Counted from the stretch's first letter, positions 1 to 10,267 are shown. The stretch: 64,000 nucleotides of DNA from Candidatus Obscuribacterales bacterium (GCA_965228855.1 CBDDIJ010000003.1:1984001-2048000); one strand, 5' to 3'. Notes: a model not told the origin generated them from the sequence alone. Made by a program: numbers and translations.

Positions 1-216
1 TTGAGCCGTGTCCGTAGTCTTGTCGGAGGCGTCTTTCGGCTTCGGAGCTTCTTTGGGCGCATCAGCCTTAGCGGGCTCCGCCTTCGGCGGTCCAGCTAAC
101 GCAGCGTCAACTTGCGCGCGCAATGGGCTTTCGCTGTGGTCTGCGTCGGCCGCTGTGTGTTTGGTATCGTCGTGCCCTTTATTTGCGCCGATGAGCTCGG
201 TTGATTTGCTACCCAA
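1..216 (-). CDS. 5' end of a hypothetical protein running off the window edge; third member of the tandem cluster
   Basis: Not in the ORF track. Manual reverse-strand translation from TTG at 216 (GAGG upstream) gives MGSKSTELIGANKGHDDTKHTAADADHSESPLRAQVDAALAGPPKAEPAKADAPKEAPKPKDASDKTTDTAQ, open to position 1, with the same P/A/K/E/D-rich style as its neighbours. Confidence 0.75.
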   Translation of the reverse strand, partial: MGSKSTELIGANKGHDDTKHTAADADHSESPLRAQVDAALAGPPKAEPAKADAPKEAPKPKDASDKTTDTAQ

Positions 217-276
217 GGTTTTTTCCTCAATCCCGCTTGTGATATTTGCTCCAATCCAAACGGTTCTATACGGAAC

Positions 277-304
277 ATACCCATTTTGGACAATACTCAG
301 TCGA
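277..304 (-). promoter_or_regulatory. Putative alternative-sigma promoter TCGACT-N16-GGGTAT
   Basis: About 60 nt upstream of the TTG at 216; same motif and spacing at 3773-3800 and 10268-10295. Confidence 0.55.
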
Positions 305-380
305 ATAAATTTTGGAAACTACCGACTACAGCGGGTTTCAGGGAAGATTAAATCTAGCAATTCCGCTTGACAAGACCGAC

Positions 381-3300
381 TTATTTTTTTGGCTTGCGGC
401 TGTAATCAAAGAATAGGCCTCGCTTGTCGTCCTTTTTAGCATTCGGGTCAGTCGAGTCCCCGGAGAGCGTCGGTCTGTAAAGCGGGTCGGGGTCCTTCTT
501 ATCAGCTCGAAGACTTCCAGCCAGGGTCGGACTGAGAGCGTCAAGATTGGAGTTAATGTTTTTACGATCCCCCAGGTGTTTGGGATCCAGCTCGCTTCCA
601 TAATTACGGTCGAGGAAGTCGGCTACTAGAGGCGCCACGAACCCGCTGCCCTGATCTTTGATGTAGTACGGCTTACCCATCACATCGTGCAAAATGCGCT
701 TGGAACCGACGCTGATAGCCACGTTCCACGACTCTTGCATCATGAAGGCACGCATCGCGTAATTTCTCGCATCACGCATTGTAGGCGCCACAACGCTGGC
801 TCCCGTTCCATGATCAGACAAACCATATTTCTTTAATGCAGCAAAGCTGGCCGTGTCAATCAATGTGTTATAGGCACCATCTCTCAAAGCCTGTTCTCCG
901 GACTTCCCATCAAGTGCCCACGCTTTCAGTTCAGGCGCTGCGCCTAAACCCAAACCGCCTCCAACTGTCCATTTGTTAAGACCAAACCTTCCAAGACCGG
1001 TAGTGGCGCCGGGCATCGAAGGATGCATTTTGGTTGCCAGGCCGAACATAAGCGTGTACTGAGTACTATTCATAGCTCCATCTTTGGCCGCTTTATCCAG
1101 AGGCTTACCATCGACGGCGACACTCACTGCTTCCGGTCCGAATCCTAAAGCCAGACCCGTGCCGACAGTGTAACGGTTCAACATTGCCGTTTTGATGGCG
1201 CTGGTTTCACCTGCAAGACCCCAGTTGCGCGAGATGCCCATCATGAGACTGTTGAACACGCCTTCTTTGGTACCATCCACTGTTGCCTTGCCAATCGGTT
1301 TGTTCTCAAAGTAAACGTTACCGGCTTCAAAACTGTATGACATAGCCAAACTACCTGCCAGCAAACCTTTGGTTACGCCGATTTTGCTCGCCATGTTGCC
1401 TATTTGACTGGTCGCGGCAACTTCGGTTCCCAGCTTGGCTCGATACGCCTGCGCCGCCCACGGGCTTGCAACCAGCGCCGCGCTCATGCCGCCTATTTTT
1501 GCGCCGTCGCGAAACTCCGGCCAACCAGCCTGATCGTTGACCGTTCTGTGAATTCCCCAGTGAACTCCTCCTCCGGCGAATGCACCACCTGCGGTGGCGA
1601 CTACCGCCGTCGTGGTCACTCCAGCGCCAACATAACCTGCGGCGCCAATCAGACCAACGCCAGTCAGGGTGCCGGCAACAGCCGCGCCGGCTACAGCAAA
1701 CTTCTTATAGTTACGCTTCCAGTAGCCATCCAGAGTATCGTCGGTCATTTTAGCCAGATCTGAAACCGTCTGCAGGTCCCGGTTGCCGGCCTTCATCGCA
1801 GCAAGTTGCTCGTCAAGACTCGGGTCTTTCGCCAGCGAGCTTTCGAAGAGTTCATGTGCCGACTTGGCACCGCCTTGAGACAGATGGATCAAGCCCTCTG
1901 TAAAATCGGTCATGGCGTCCATACGTTTTGCGTATTGCTCGCGCTCCTCGCGAGTTAGACGGAGCGACGCCATCTGTCTCTCAATACGCGCTTTCTCGAC
2001 CTCTTCGTCCTGGTTGAGTTCTCTGTTGTCGTACGCTTTCTTCTTCGCTTCCAGTGTCTCGACTTCCTTATCGAGAACTTGATTGGCAGCAGTTATGTCC
2101 TTTTTGGTCTGCTCTCTGACAATCTTCATCATCTTCAACGCTTCGGAGGAAGTCGCTGAATCTGAATTCAAGTATTTGAGAACATCTCCATCATTGGCGA
2201 GTGTTCCATCCTTCAACTTTTGAACGAATTTATTGGCATCGTCCGCGGTACCAATCTTATCCTTACCAAGCTTGTCGAACAGTACCAATTGCGCAGTATC
2301 GAAGTTAGCCGGATTAATCGTTAAACCTAAGTTGACTGCACGATCGAGCTGCTCGTATGACTTACCGTCTTCGTGTTTGCGATAAACAACTTTGTCGCCT
2401 TCTTTTGCGAAGATCAATTCCGGGGAGTCGGCTTTGACCTGTGCCATCAAACCTTGAGCTTCGTGAAAGCGTCCTTGCGAGACGAGATGCTCGGAATACT
2501 TGAGACGTGCATTGCTGCCCATGCGGACAATGTCCAGCAGTTCATCTGATACTTTGGATTTGATATTGTCTTCGCGGTAAGTCTGGTTAGCAAGCCAGCC
2601 AACATTGAGGGTATCAGCAATTCGCAGCGCGTTTTTAAAATGTTGCTCTTTATCACCTTCTCCGTTCTTTGCTGCATTCAACTCCTGAGCTATTGTCTCA
2701 GCGCGTTTCTGCTGCTGAGCCATGTAGTGGATGTTTACGGTTTTATCCGAAGTCTCGAAAACCTCTTTGGCCTCACGAATTTCTTTGCCATCACCGAAAG
2801 CGTCAAGGTCGCTCTTTCCGCCTGGTGGGGTGATGCTTTTAATAACGTCGAACGCTTTCCTGATCTCTGCGTCAGGAACCTCATCACCGACTTTCACGGC
2901 AGGGTCCAGATATCCACGAGCCCGGAATTCCGCTTCGACAAGACGCACCGTCATTGGTGCAAAGTGAAGGCGGGAGATCGCATCCCGGTCCACCATTACT
3001 TGAGCTAACTCCTGGATCTTGGCTTGCTTGGGTTGATCGCCTGCCGCTTTCTGATATTCGTCTTTGAGTTTTCCAGGAGTTAACGATGCCGGCTCCAGAC
3101 CGAGATCCTTGCAGAGTCTATCGCGATCGGCAGTGGTCTGTTTAGCTAAATCGTCGATACCAGGATTGGTGGCGGTGCCTTTCATAAGAATGGCATCAGC
3201 GCCTTTTTTACTGCGCTCTATCTCAGCAGCCATCTCGGTTTTCAGCTGCGCGACCCGTTCAGAAACCTTTACTTCCTTGAACACGCCATTATCTTGCACC

Positions 3301-3710
3301 GAAATCTTTTCGTCGGGTTTTCGCTTCTGCTGGATAAGTAAATCAAGTTCACGAGCCAGATTCTGAGCACGATCTATGCTTTCATAAGGATCGATAGGAT
3401 CGCTTTCTTTAATCGCGCCCGCTTCAGCGCGGTCAGATACTTTGGTTTTGTCACCGTTCTGTTCAGCCGGCGGCTCACCGACCTGGGCAACATCTTGAAC
3501 GTCACCCGCCTTGCTTACCTGCACTGAGTCCTGAACTCCGCCGGTCTTCTCAGTTTTTGCAGGTTGCGCTACTGCAGGGGGCGCGCCATCATAGACTTCG
3601 TCATGCAATGGTGTTTGCACATCGTCATCAGACTCTTCTACTGCGTGAAACGATTCAACGCGCGTGCCCGGCTTTTGGGCTGCGTTTTGAACTGGCTTTT
3701 CATCCACCAT
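381..3710 (-). CDS. Large hypothetical protein (~1110 aa): disordered N-terminus, helical/coiled-coil middle with TPR-like units, Gly-rich hydrophobic C-terminal repeats
   Basis: Long ORF (track 381..3749); ATG at 3710 has GAGG upstream; no catalytic motif recognised. Confidence 0.85.
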   Translation of the reverse strand: MVDEKPVQNAAQKPGTRVESFHAVEESDDDVQTPLHDEVYDGAPPAVAQPAKTEKTGGVQDSVQVSKAGDVQDVAQVGEPPAEQNGDKTKVSDRAEAGAIKESDPIDPYESIDRAQNLARELDLLIQQKRKPDEKISVQDNGVFKEVKVSERVAQLKTEMAAEIERSKKGADAILMKGTATNPGIDDLAKQTTADRDRLCKDLGLEPASLTPGKLKDEYQKAAGDQPKQAKIQELAQVMVDRDAISRLHFAPMTVRLVEAEFRARGYLDPAVKVGDEVPDAEIRKAFDVIKSITPPGGKSDLDAFGDGKEIREAKEVFETSDKTVNIHYMAQQQKRAETIAQELNAAKNGEGDKEQHFKNALRIADTLNVGWLANQTYREDNIKSKVSDELLDIVRMGSNARLKYSEHLVSQGRFHEAQGLMAQVKADSPELIFAKEGDKVVYRKHEDGKSYEQLDRAVNLGLTINPANFDTAQLVLFDKLGKDKIGTADDANKFVQKLKDGTLANDGDVLKYLNSDSATSSEALKMMKIVREQTKKDITAANQVLDKEVETLEAKKKAYDNRELNQDEEVEKARIERQMASLRLTREEREQYAKRMDAMTDFTEGLIHLSQGGAKSAHELFESSLAKDPSLDEQLAAMKAGNRDLQTVSDLAKMTDDTLDGYWKRNYKKFAVAGAAVAGTLTGVGLIGAAGYVGAGVTTTAVVATAGGAFAGGGVHWGIHRTVNDQAGWPEFRDGAKIGGMSAALVASPWAAQAYRAKLGTEVAATSQIGNMASKIGVTKGLLAGSLAMSYSFEAGNVYFENKPIGKATVDGTKEGVFNSLMMGISRNWGLAGETSAIKTAMLNRYTVGTGLALGFGPEAVSVAVDGKPLDKAAKDGAMNSTQYTLMFGLATKMHPSMPGATTGLGRFGLNKWTVGGGLGLGAAPELKAWALDGKSGEQALRDGAYNTLIDTASFAALKKYGLSDHGTGASVVAPTMRDARNYAMRAFMMQESWNVAISVGSKRILHDVMGKPYYIKDQGSGFVAPLVADFLDRNYGSELDPKHLGDRKNINSNLDALSPTLAGSLRADKKDPDPLYRPTLSGDSTDPNAKKDDKRGLFFDYSRKPKK

Positions 3711-3772
3711 TGGTGAACCTCTAATAACTTTGGCTTTCGCCAGAAACATTCAGTATAGGAGTCTATTCTCTT

Positions 3773-3800
3773 ATTCCCAGAATTTGACATTTCGAGACGA
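3773..3800 (-). promoter_or_regulatory. Putative alternative-sigma promoter TCGTCT-N16-GGGAAT
   Basis: About 62 nt upstream of the ATG at 3710; motif shared by all three cluster genes. Confidence 0.55.
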
Positions 3801-3941
3801 ATTAGAGCCTAAAACCCGCACGGTGTGTAGCATTAAGCAGATCGCAATATCACAAGTCGCTCCCTCCTCGAAGCGCCCTCGCATATCTCTCATAAACTTC
3901 TTATGGTCGGAGCCCCTATCGGGTCCTTTTCTCAAATGGAT

Positions 3942-3980
3942 ATGAAAACCGGCTCGCTGACTGCAGCAAGCCGGTTTCAT
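3942..3980 (-). terminator. Rho-independent terminator-like hairpin after the ~2060-aa gene
   Basis: Minus strand reads atgaaaccggcttgctg-cagt-cagcgagccggttttcat, about 25 nt after the stop. Confidence 0.7.
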
Positions 3981-4003
3981 TACTCTTGATTTTGAAAGAC
4001 CGA

Positions 4004-7000
4004 TTATCCGCCAGGCGGTGGTGGTTCCTCGACCTCGCCGTTAGGCTTCGGTTTCGGAGTCTCAGTCGGAGTCGCCGGTTTCGGAGCCTCAGTCGGAGTC
4101 GCCGGCTGCGGCACTTCGGCTTTCGGAGGGACTTGTTCCTGCGCTTCTTCGATAGTCGTTCTCTGCGGAGGCAGAGGCGTGTTGTCGATAGGCTTCTGCG
4201 CATTACGCAGCAAGTCTTTGTACCGACCGACATTGAGGCGCGGTCCAAGACCATCGACGGTGCTCGGAAGCATCGTTCCGGCAAATACTCCGCCGGCTGC
4301 CATGGTCGGTCCGGAAAGTGCTCCGGCGTTCCAGTTGTTCCAACGGGTTGGAGACAGAGGGAACACGGACTGCATTGTCTTTCTGAAGTTGCCGTATTCC
4401 GGGTTGGACCAGACCGGCTTGTAGATAGCCCCCGGCTTCATGAACATAGAGCCGAACAGAGCTTGACCAGGCGTACCTACGGCAGCAGAGGCGACCGGCA
4501 CCATCCATCTTGCATAGACCGGTAATTCTTCCGGATTGACACCTTCGACAGTCGGGAAGTGCGACTCTTTTAACGCACTCAACCAGGTATAGTCTTCGCC
4601 TTTCGGATCCGCGTAGACCGGGTGAGCGTCGCCGCCCTGCGGGAGCGTAACACCGAACAGTTGACCTGTCATATCGTACGGCTTCACCACCGTGTTGTAC
4701 GTACCGGCAGCACCTAGCGCGCCGTAGAATCCGCTTGCACTGCGAGCGCGAGCAAGAACTTCCGGCGTCGCTTTTGCAGGATCGACTGCTGTGAATTGGA
4801 AGCGATCCGTCACCACTCTTCGTGCGCCGTCGAGTTTGCCTGCAGTATAGGCACCGGCATCATATGCCTTGCCAGGGATTGTCTTCAGATAGAAGTTCTT
4901 CGAGCCTAGAGGCGCGATGGTTTCCATCGTCGCACTGCCCATATTGGCCCAACCTTGCTTGGTCGTGACCGTGTTCCAGGCACTGTACGCACCATCTTTG
5001 GTGGCTTTCGCTCCGCTACTGAGTCGGGAGATTATACTGCGTTCGCCTGTGAGCGGCGAAGCGGCCATAACTTCTTTCAATGCTGCCGGTGTCAGCATAG
5101 CCGTGCGCTCGGTAGCTGGAACGAGGGAGAGCAGACGCTGGAGACCAGGTCCTTCGAGCACGCGAGTGCCCATACCCACCACATCGGTTAGCTTGGTTGC
5201 GTCCGTGATAGCTTGAACCGTTTTGCCGCCCTTCTCGACCGTGAGACCGGCGGACTGCATCTCGTCCAGTTTCGGGAAGATGTTCTTGAAGCTGAGTTTT
5301 TCAGTTTCGGCAGCCAGCTTATGAGCTTGACCGACTTTGGTTACACCGTATCTCTCAGCGGTCGCGAGCAACTGCTGACCTTGCGGTGTAGTCGCGATAT
5401 CGGCGAGCGCTTCCTGGATGTTGGCATTGTCGGCCAAGCCGTTGGTTTTCTGCGCGAGTTCTTGAAGAGCAGCCTGGTCGTTTCTGACCATCTTCTTCAG
5501 GTCGCCGACAGTCTTGACGCCGCCGGCATCGGCTTTGGCGATACGCGCGGCCAGCGCATCCGGCTTGATTCCTGACGATGTTTTGGCATCCTTCATGATA
5601 GCTTCGGCGACGGAACCAGTACGCGCGCCGGTGAGTTGAGCCTTCTCTAGAGCCGCTGCCACTGTCGGGTCCAGCACACCTTCAGCAAGGAGCTTGGTGC
5701 CACGCGGCATGTTGACGAATGCCTTAGCTTCGTTGATGTAGCCCTGTGACTTGAGGAGATCCATGAGTTTGCCGGTGGTTTCGTAACCTTCTCTGGCGTA
5801 AAACTCGGCGGATGCCTTCGTGTCCATCAAAGCGAATTGTCTGGGACCTTTGGAAGCTCCAGTCAGGAAGCTGCCGCGTCCAGACAGACGACCACCGACT
5901 TCTGCAGCAGCTAGTGAGCCGCCAACGTGAACGATACTGTCCGTCCAACTTTCTTTGACGCCGGTCATCGCGTAGAAAGCCTGGTTGCGAGCGACTACTC
6001 CAGCGACAGGAGCACTGTATTCAGCAACCTTCAGCATCGCTCCGGCATAGCGTCCGTAAGAACCCATAGAGCGCTCGAAGAAGGCGGCAACCTTCGGGTT
6101 GCGCGTAGCGGCCATCGTGCCGAGGACACCAATGACGATACCAGCATCAACGAGGATACTATCGAAAGTGCTGTCTTTGCGAATTTGCTGGTTGAGATTT
6201 TTGATGCTGTGCATGTCGATGAGAACCGGCACACCACCATCGTTTTTACCAACAAGCTCACCACCCTGAAGGTAGACTTTTTCGCCCTTCTCGTTGGTGA
6301 AGGTTTCACCCTTCTTGCCCACGTAGAGTTTGTACTTCTCCGGATTATCCATCACATCAGCAAGTACGCCGAACAGTGAGGCTACACCTGGATTGTCTTT
6401 GGCGGTCTTCGCATCGAGCGGATCGACTCCAAGAATGTCTTTTGTATGTTGGAGAGCGCGTTGAGCAGGATCGATCGCCAGGTCCGGTTTGAACGCCGAG
6501 CCTTGACCGAATTTGATTTCCTGAATCCCGGCAATCTCACCCTTGTCGTTGAGTTTTGGAACGATTTCCGTGCCCAGATAGAGCTGAGCCAGGAATTTGT
6601 TAGTGTTGATCGGAGACTTCACGAAACCGGAGTCAACATCTTCACCCTTGATCGCGGTGTAAACCTTCTGCATTTGTTGACGCAGAGTGGACTTGCTACC
6701 GTCGGGCATCTCAACGACGCTGTTCGGAATCAACGGCATGTCTTCAATCAATCTCGCCGCTTCTTGATTCATCAAGTCGACGATCTTCACGTCCTTGCCG
6801 TCCACCTTAACCGGTGTAGTCAAACGCTCGGACTTGTCGCGAGCCTCTATACCAGCGGCTTCAGCATCTTTATACTGACCGGCCTGCTTCAAGAATTGCG
6901 CGAACTCCAAGCGAACACTCGCTTGTAAGTTCATGCTCATCATGTCTCTGAACATGTTGTCGTGAATCTGAAGTCGGCGTTCAGGCGAGAGAGGTTCGTC

Positions 7001-10000
7001 GCTAAGAACCGGCTTTCCATCAGGCCCTTGCTTGATTTCTTTGCCCTGCTTCAAGGCTTCGGTCAGCAATGCCATCGCAGGGACAGCTTCAGCGACGTCT
7101 TTGTCACTGAGCACATAATCAGTTCTGGCAATAAGTTCTTTGTAGAGATCTTTTGTCTCTTGTACCTTCGTGAGATCTCTTCGGTTCTCTTCAATCTTTT
7201 TGCTGAGATCCTCGTTAGACATCTTGGCAAAGCGCGGGTCGCCTTTGAATGCGGCAGCTTCGGGCTGCGGCGCAGCATCGGTGCCAGGAGCTTGTGGTTG
7301 GGCGTCGGTTCCAGGTGCCGGCGTCTCACCACTGGCTTCGGGCGCCGGAGGTTTTGCCGCTTCAGGAGCTTTCACAACCGGCTCAGGAAGAGCACCGATT
7401 GCAGCAGTGTCGAGCCCGACCTTCTTAGCCAGGTCGTTGACGGGCTGACTGTTCGCAAGCAATGCTTCACGAGCGCTCTTCGGTACAGCGCCGAAGCCTT
7501 CGGTCAGAGACTGCTTAGCGCCGGCCAGGTCGCCGGTTTCAGCTTGCATGTTTGCGAGTATCGCTCTTGAATAGAACAAGTTTTGACCAGTCGCAATCAC
7601 ATCTGCGGAATGAACAGCGATAGCTGATTGCACTTCGAACAGGGCCGGTCCTTTATCGCCGATCAACTGCGTGAGACGCTCTTGATCTTTGAACCAATCC
7701 GGCTGCGCTGCTTTCAAAGCGTCCGTTGCTGCCTTACGTTGATCGTCAGTCAGGGCAGGGTTCTTCGCGTTGTTAGCGTTTTCAACATCTGTTGGCGAGA
7801 ACTTCTTCTCGGCTTCGGTCATGCGCGTCTGCAGTTCGCCGAATTCTTTGCGAGCCGCAGGATCTTGCGGTAACAAGGCTTCGTATTGCGCGGACAGGTC
7901 CTTCGAGCGCTGCGTCACTTGCGCATACTCGGTGTCGGACATTTGCTGCAAAGTTTTCAAAATAGGAGTCATGCGAGTGACTACGTCTTTTTTGAACTCC
8001 GGCTTCGCCGACGCGAAGAGGAAGTTCGACTCCTGCAGCAGGTCTTCGGTGCGCATGCACTTTTCATAGTTGCCGCTTCCGCGCGCCTGATTTTGTTTGA
8101 CAGCTGCGTCAAGCAAGTCGATCGGATTGGCTCCGGCCGCCATCGCCATAGACCGGAATCCATCGCGTTGGTCGGGAAGTTGGTTCCACGCATACGCCTC
8201 GGTGGCCCACTTCTTCGCGCCTTCGGGATCGTTTGCTTGCGAAAGAATCTCAGCGTACATATTGCGAGCAACTGCGGACTGATTGACTTCCGCGGGAATT
8301 TTCGCATTGGTCATATTCAGTTCGAGCAACGAAGTGCGAACTTGCGTCATGACCTGATCGCGCTCGGTAAGCGCATCAGTGAATGCTTTATTGTCCGGAA
8401 CCAGAGCCTTGAGTTGAGCGACGCGCTCTGCATACTGGGTGTCGGTCAGCGATTGATCGAGACTGTCGTAACCAGACTGGACCTGCTGTCTGTACTCTTG
8501 TGTTCTCAGATCTGAACGATATTGCTGAGTGCGGAACTCTTCATCGGTACCTTTGAAGTCCGCCGGCTTAGCAGCGCTCGTTTTGTAATCCGCAGGAGGC
8601 GTAGCGTTGGCAACCTCATCAGAGGCTTTGAACGCCGCAGGCGGAACGAGCTTATCAATTATTCCTTCTTTTGTTTTGACGACGACTTTCTTAGTCGCGT
8701 CGTTCGGATCGGGCTTCTCTTCATAGGTTCCGCTCATCGATTGATCGATGCGACGTACCGCGCCGGAGACCGTTTCCTGCGTATTGCCGACCTTGGCATT
8801 CAGGAAGTCCGTTGTTTGTTTTTCTAAAACTGCCTGGCGATCCTGAAGTTCTTTGATCTTTGGCGAACGACCTTTGTCCGCTTCAGCGATTGCCTTCTCA
8901 ATTTCCGTGCGTTGCTCTGGCGTGAGCTTCTGGCCTTCAATGGCCTTATCGATCCAGAATCCGACGCGCTCAAGCGGCGATCTGCCCTGGTCGTCTAATT
9001 TGGAGAACGTTACTGTTCTCTCCGTGCCCTTTTCCTTTGCTGCTTCCGCCGGTGCTGGTGCGACCTCTGCGGGTTTCGGTGCCTCTACTTTTTCCGGAGC
9101 TGTGCCATCTCCTGGTCTTGGTGGGTTGGCTTGCGGCGGTGGTTCGACTGGTGCGGGTACCGGATCGCCACCCTCGGTGCGTACAGGCGGTCCGCGCATC
9201 GGATCCAAACCGACTGCTTTCGGGTCGACTCCTGCTCTCTGAACAGAATCTCCCATCAGCTTCCATATATTGACGTTCAAGCGGCTGCTGATTTCGTTGA
9301 CGCGAGCGCCAAGGTTGGGATCCTTAGATAGGTAGCCCTCCGGCGGCAACACCTTAGCATCGATAAGCGACTTCTCGTTTTGAAACGCCCGAGCGAAGCA
9401 CTCACTGGCTTTCGTCATGTCGCCGGCTTGGGTCCAGATGAGACCGCTGTTGACCTCGGTGAACATATCAACGCGACCAAGCGTGCGTGTCTTGCGCTCC
9501 AATTCTTTGAGAGCTTCGAGTTTCTTAGCGTCTTGTTGTTCTGCCGGCTTATCTGTTTCAGCCTTAATAAGTTGTTTTAGTTGAACTTCTTTCTCGAGAA
9601 ACAGCTTTTGTTCCTCAGGCGACACAATGTCGGCTGCTGCCCTGTAAGCATTTGTCGCTTCCAGCGGCATGCCCTGCTTGAGGAAATGCGCTCCATTCTC
9701 GATGTGTGTGACCATTTTTGCCGACTTGTCGTCGACGAGCGCTTTAAAGGTTGGATCTATAACTCCTGCCAGCACATCGGTCGGAGCAACCGGAGTGTCT
9801 TGAACATCCTTTCCGGGAGCTTGTTTATCAGTGGCGGCTGGTGGCGCTTCCGGCTCTTTGAATAATGGATTGTCGCCATCAGCCTTGGCGGCTGGCGGAG
9901 TTACTTCGGCGGCCGGTTTCGGCGTTTCAGCATCTGGTTTTGGCGTTTCTGTGGCCGGCTTCGGCGTCTCTGCAGCAGGCTTGGGAGTTTCAGCTGCCGG

Positions 10001-10195
10001 TTTCGGCGTCTCGCCAGGAGGAGTCGTCGCAGCGGCTGTATCGGTCTTTGTCTCGCCTTCCTTCTTCGCCGGCGGCAAACCCATCACATCGTCGAGGAGA
10101 CTGTTACCTGTTCCGGTCGTGTTCTCTGTCGTTTGAGCCTTGTCGACCGGAGGTTTCTTGTCCTTCCCAGCATCGGCCGCAATTTCGTTACCCAT
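4004..10195 (-). CDS. Giant hypothetical protein (~2060 aa): Pro-rich termini, helical body with dispersed TPR-like units, hydrophobic Gly/Ala-rich C-terminal third
   Basis: Long ORF (track 4004..10243); ATG at 10195 (MGNEIAA) follows GAGG. Confidence 0.85.
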   Translation of the reverse strand: MGNEIAADAGKDKKPPVDKAQTTENTTGTGNSLLDDVMGLPPAKKEGETKTDTAAATTPPGETPKPAAETPKPAAETPKPATETPKPDAETPKPAAEVTPPAAKADGDNPLFKEPEAPPAATDKQAPGKDVQDTPVAPTDVLAGVIDPTFKALVDDKSAKMVTHIENGAHFLKQGMPLEATNAYRAAADIVSPEEQKLFLEKEVQLKQLIKAETDKPAEQQDAKKLEALKELERKTRTLGRVDMFTEVNSGLIWTQAGDMTKASECFARAFQNEKSLIDAKVLPPEGYLSKDPNLGARVNEISSRLNVNIWKLMGDSVQRAGVDPKAVGLDPMRGPPVRTEGGDPVPAPVEPPPQANPPRPGDGTAPEKVEAPKPAEVAPAPAEAAKEKGTERTVTFSKLDDQGRSPLERVGFWIDKAIEGQKLTPEQRTEIEKAIAEADKGRSPKIKELQDRQAVLEKQTTDFLNAKVGNTQETVSGAVRRIDQSMSGTYEEKPDPNDATKKVVVKTKEGIIDKLVPPAAFKASDEVANATPPADYKTSAAKPADFKGTDEEFRTQQYRSDLRTQEYRQQVQSGYDSLDQSLTDTQYAERVAQLKALVPDNKAFTDALTERDQVMTQVRTSLLELNMTNAKIPAEVNQSAVARNMYAEILSQANDPEGAKKWATEAYAWNQLPDQRDGFRSMAMAAGANPIDLLDAAVKQNQARGSGNYEKCMRTEDLLQESNFLFASAKPEFKKDVVTRMTPILKTLQQMSDTEYAQVTQRSKDLSAQYEALLPQDPAARKEFGELQTRMTEAEKKFSPTDVENANNAKNPALTDDQRKAATDALKAAQPDWFKDQERLTQLIGDKGPALFEVQSAIAVHSADVIATGQNLFYSRAILANMQAETGDLAGAKQSLTEGFGAVPKSAREALLANSQPVNDLAKKVGLDTAAIGALPEPVVKAPEAAKPPAPEASGETPAPGTDAQPQAPGTDAAPQPEAAAFKGDPRFAKMSNEDLSKKIEENRRDLTKVQETKDLYKELIARTDYVLSDKDVAEAVPAMALLTEALKQGKEIKQGPDGKPVLSDEPLSPERRLQIHDNMFRDMMSMNLQASVRLEFAQFLKQAGQYKDAEAAGIEARDKSERLTTPVKVDGKDVKIVDLMNQEAARLIEDMPLIPNSVVEMPDGSKSTLRQQMQKVYTAIKGEDVDSGFVKSPINTNKFLAQLYLGTEIVPKLNDKGEIAGIQEIKFGQGSAFKPDLAIDPAQRALQHTKDILGVDPLDAKTAKDNPGVASLFGVLADVMDNPEKYKLYVGKKGETFTNEKGEKVYLQGGELVGKNDGGVPVLIDMHSIKNLNQQIRKDSTFDSILVDAGIVIGVLGTMAATRNPKVAAFFERSMGSYGRYAGAMLKVAEYSAPVAGVVARNQAFYAMTGVKESWTDSIVHVGGSLAAAEVGGRLSGRGSFLTGASKGPRQFALMDTKASAEFYAREGYETTGKLMDLLKSQGYINEAKAFVNMPRGTKLLAEGVLDPTVAAALEKAQLTGARTGSVAEAIMKDAKTSSGIKPDALAARIAKADAGGVKTVGDLKKMVRNDQAALQELAQKTNGLADNANIQEALADIATTPQGQQLLATAERYGVTKVGQAHKLAAETEKLSFKNIFPKLDEMQSAGLTVEKGGKTVQAITDATKLTDVVGMGTRVLEGPGLQRLLSLVPATERTAMLTPAALKEVMAASPLTGERSIISRLSSGAKATKDGAYSAWNTVTTKQGWANMGSATMETIAPLGSKNFYLKTIPGKAYDAGAYTAGKLDGARRVVTDRFQFTAVDPAKATPEVLARARSASGFYGALGAAGTYNTVVKPYDMTGQLFGVTLPQGGDAHPVYADPKGEDYTWLSALKESHFPTVEGVNPEELPVYARWMVPVASAAVGTPGQALFGSMFMKPGAIYKPVWSNPEYGNFRKTMQSVFPLSPTRWNNWNAGALSGPTMAAGGVFAGTMLPSTVDGLGPRLNVGRYKDLLRNAQKPIDNTPLPPQRTTIEEAQEQVPPKAEVPQPATPTEAPKPATPTETPKPKPNGEVEEPPPPGG
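4050..4103 (-). repeat. Two 27-bp coding tandem repeats (ATPTE[AT]PKP)
   Basis: ggtttcggag(t/c)ctcagtcggagtcgcc x2. Confidence 0.85.
9908..10012 (-). repeat. Five 21-bp coding repeats (ETPKP[AD][AT])
   Basis: Translation ETPKPAA ETPKPAA ETPKPAT ETPKPDA ETPKPAA. Confidence 0.85.
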
Positions 10196-10267
10196 GACCC
10201 TAAAACCTCGCCAAATTAATCGCAGGAATACTACTGACACCAACCCATCGTGCCCAGCTTATTTATC

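Noticed and set aside
8..370. 120-aa plus-strand ORF
   Set aside because: Antisense shadow of the minus-strand partial gene at 1..216
236..3856. 11-mer cttgtgatatt at 236 and its reverse complement at 3846 as element ends or operator
   Set aside because: Short, only one pair, no target-site duplication or transposase; may be chance
381..10195. Prophage tape-measure or polymorphic toxin/immunity locus
   Set aside because: No phage structural genes, no recognisable toxin tip, no immunity ORFs, no RHS/RTX/FHA repeats
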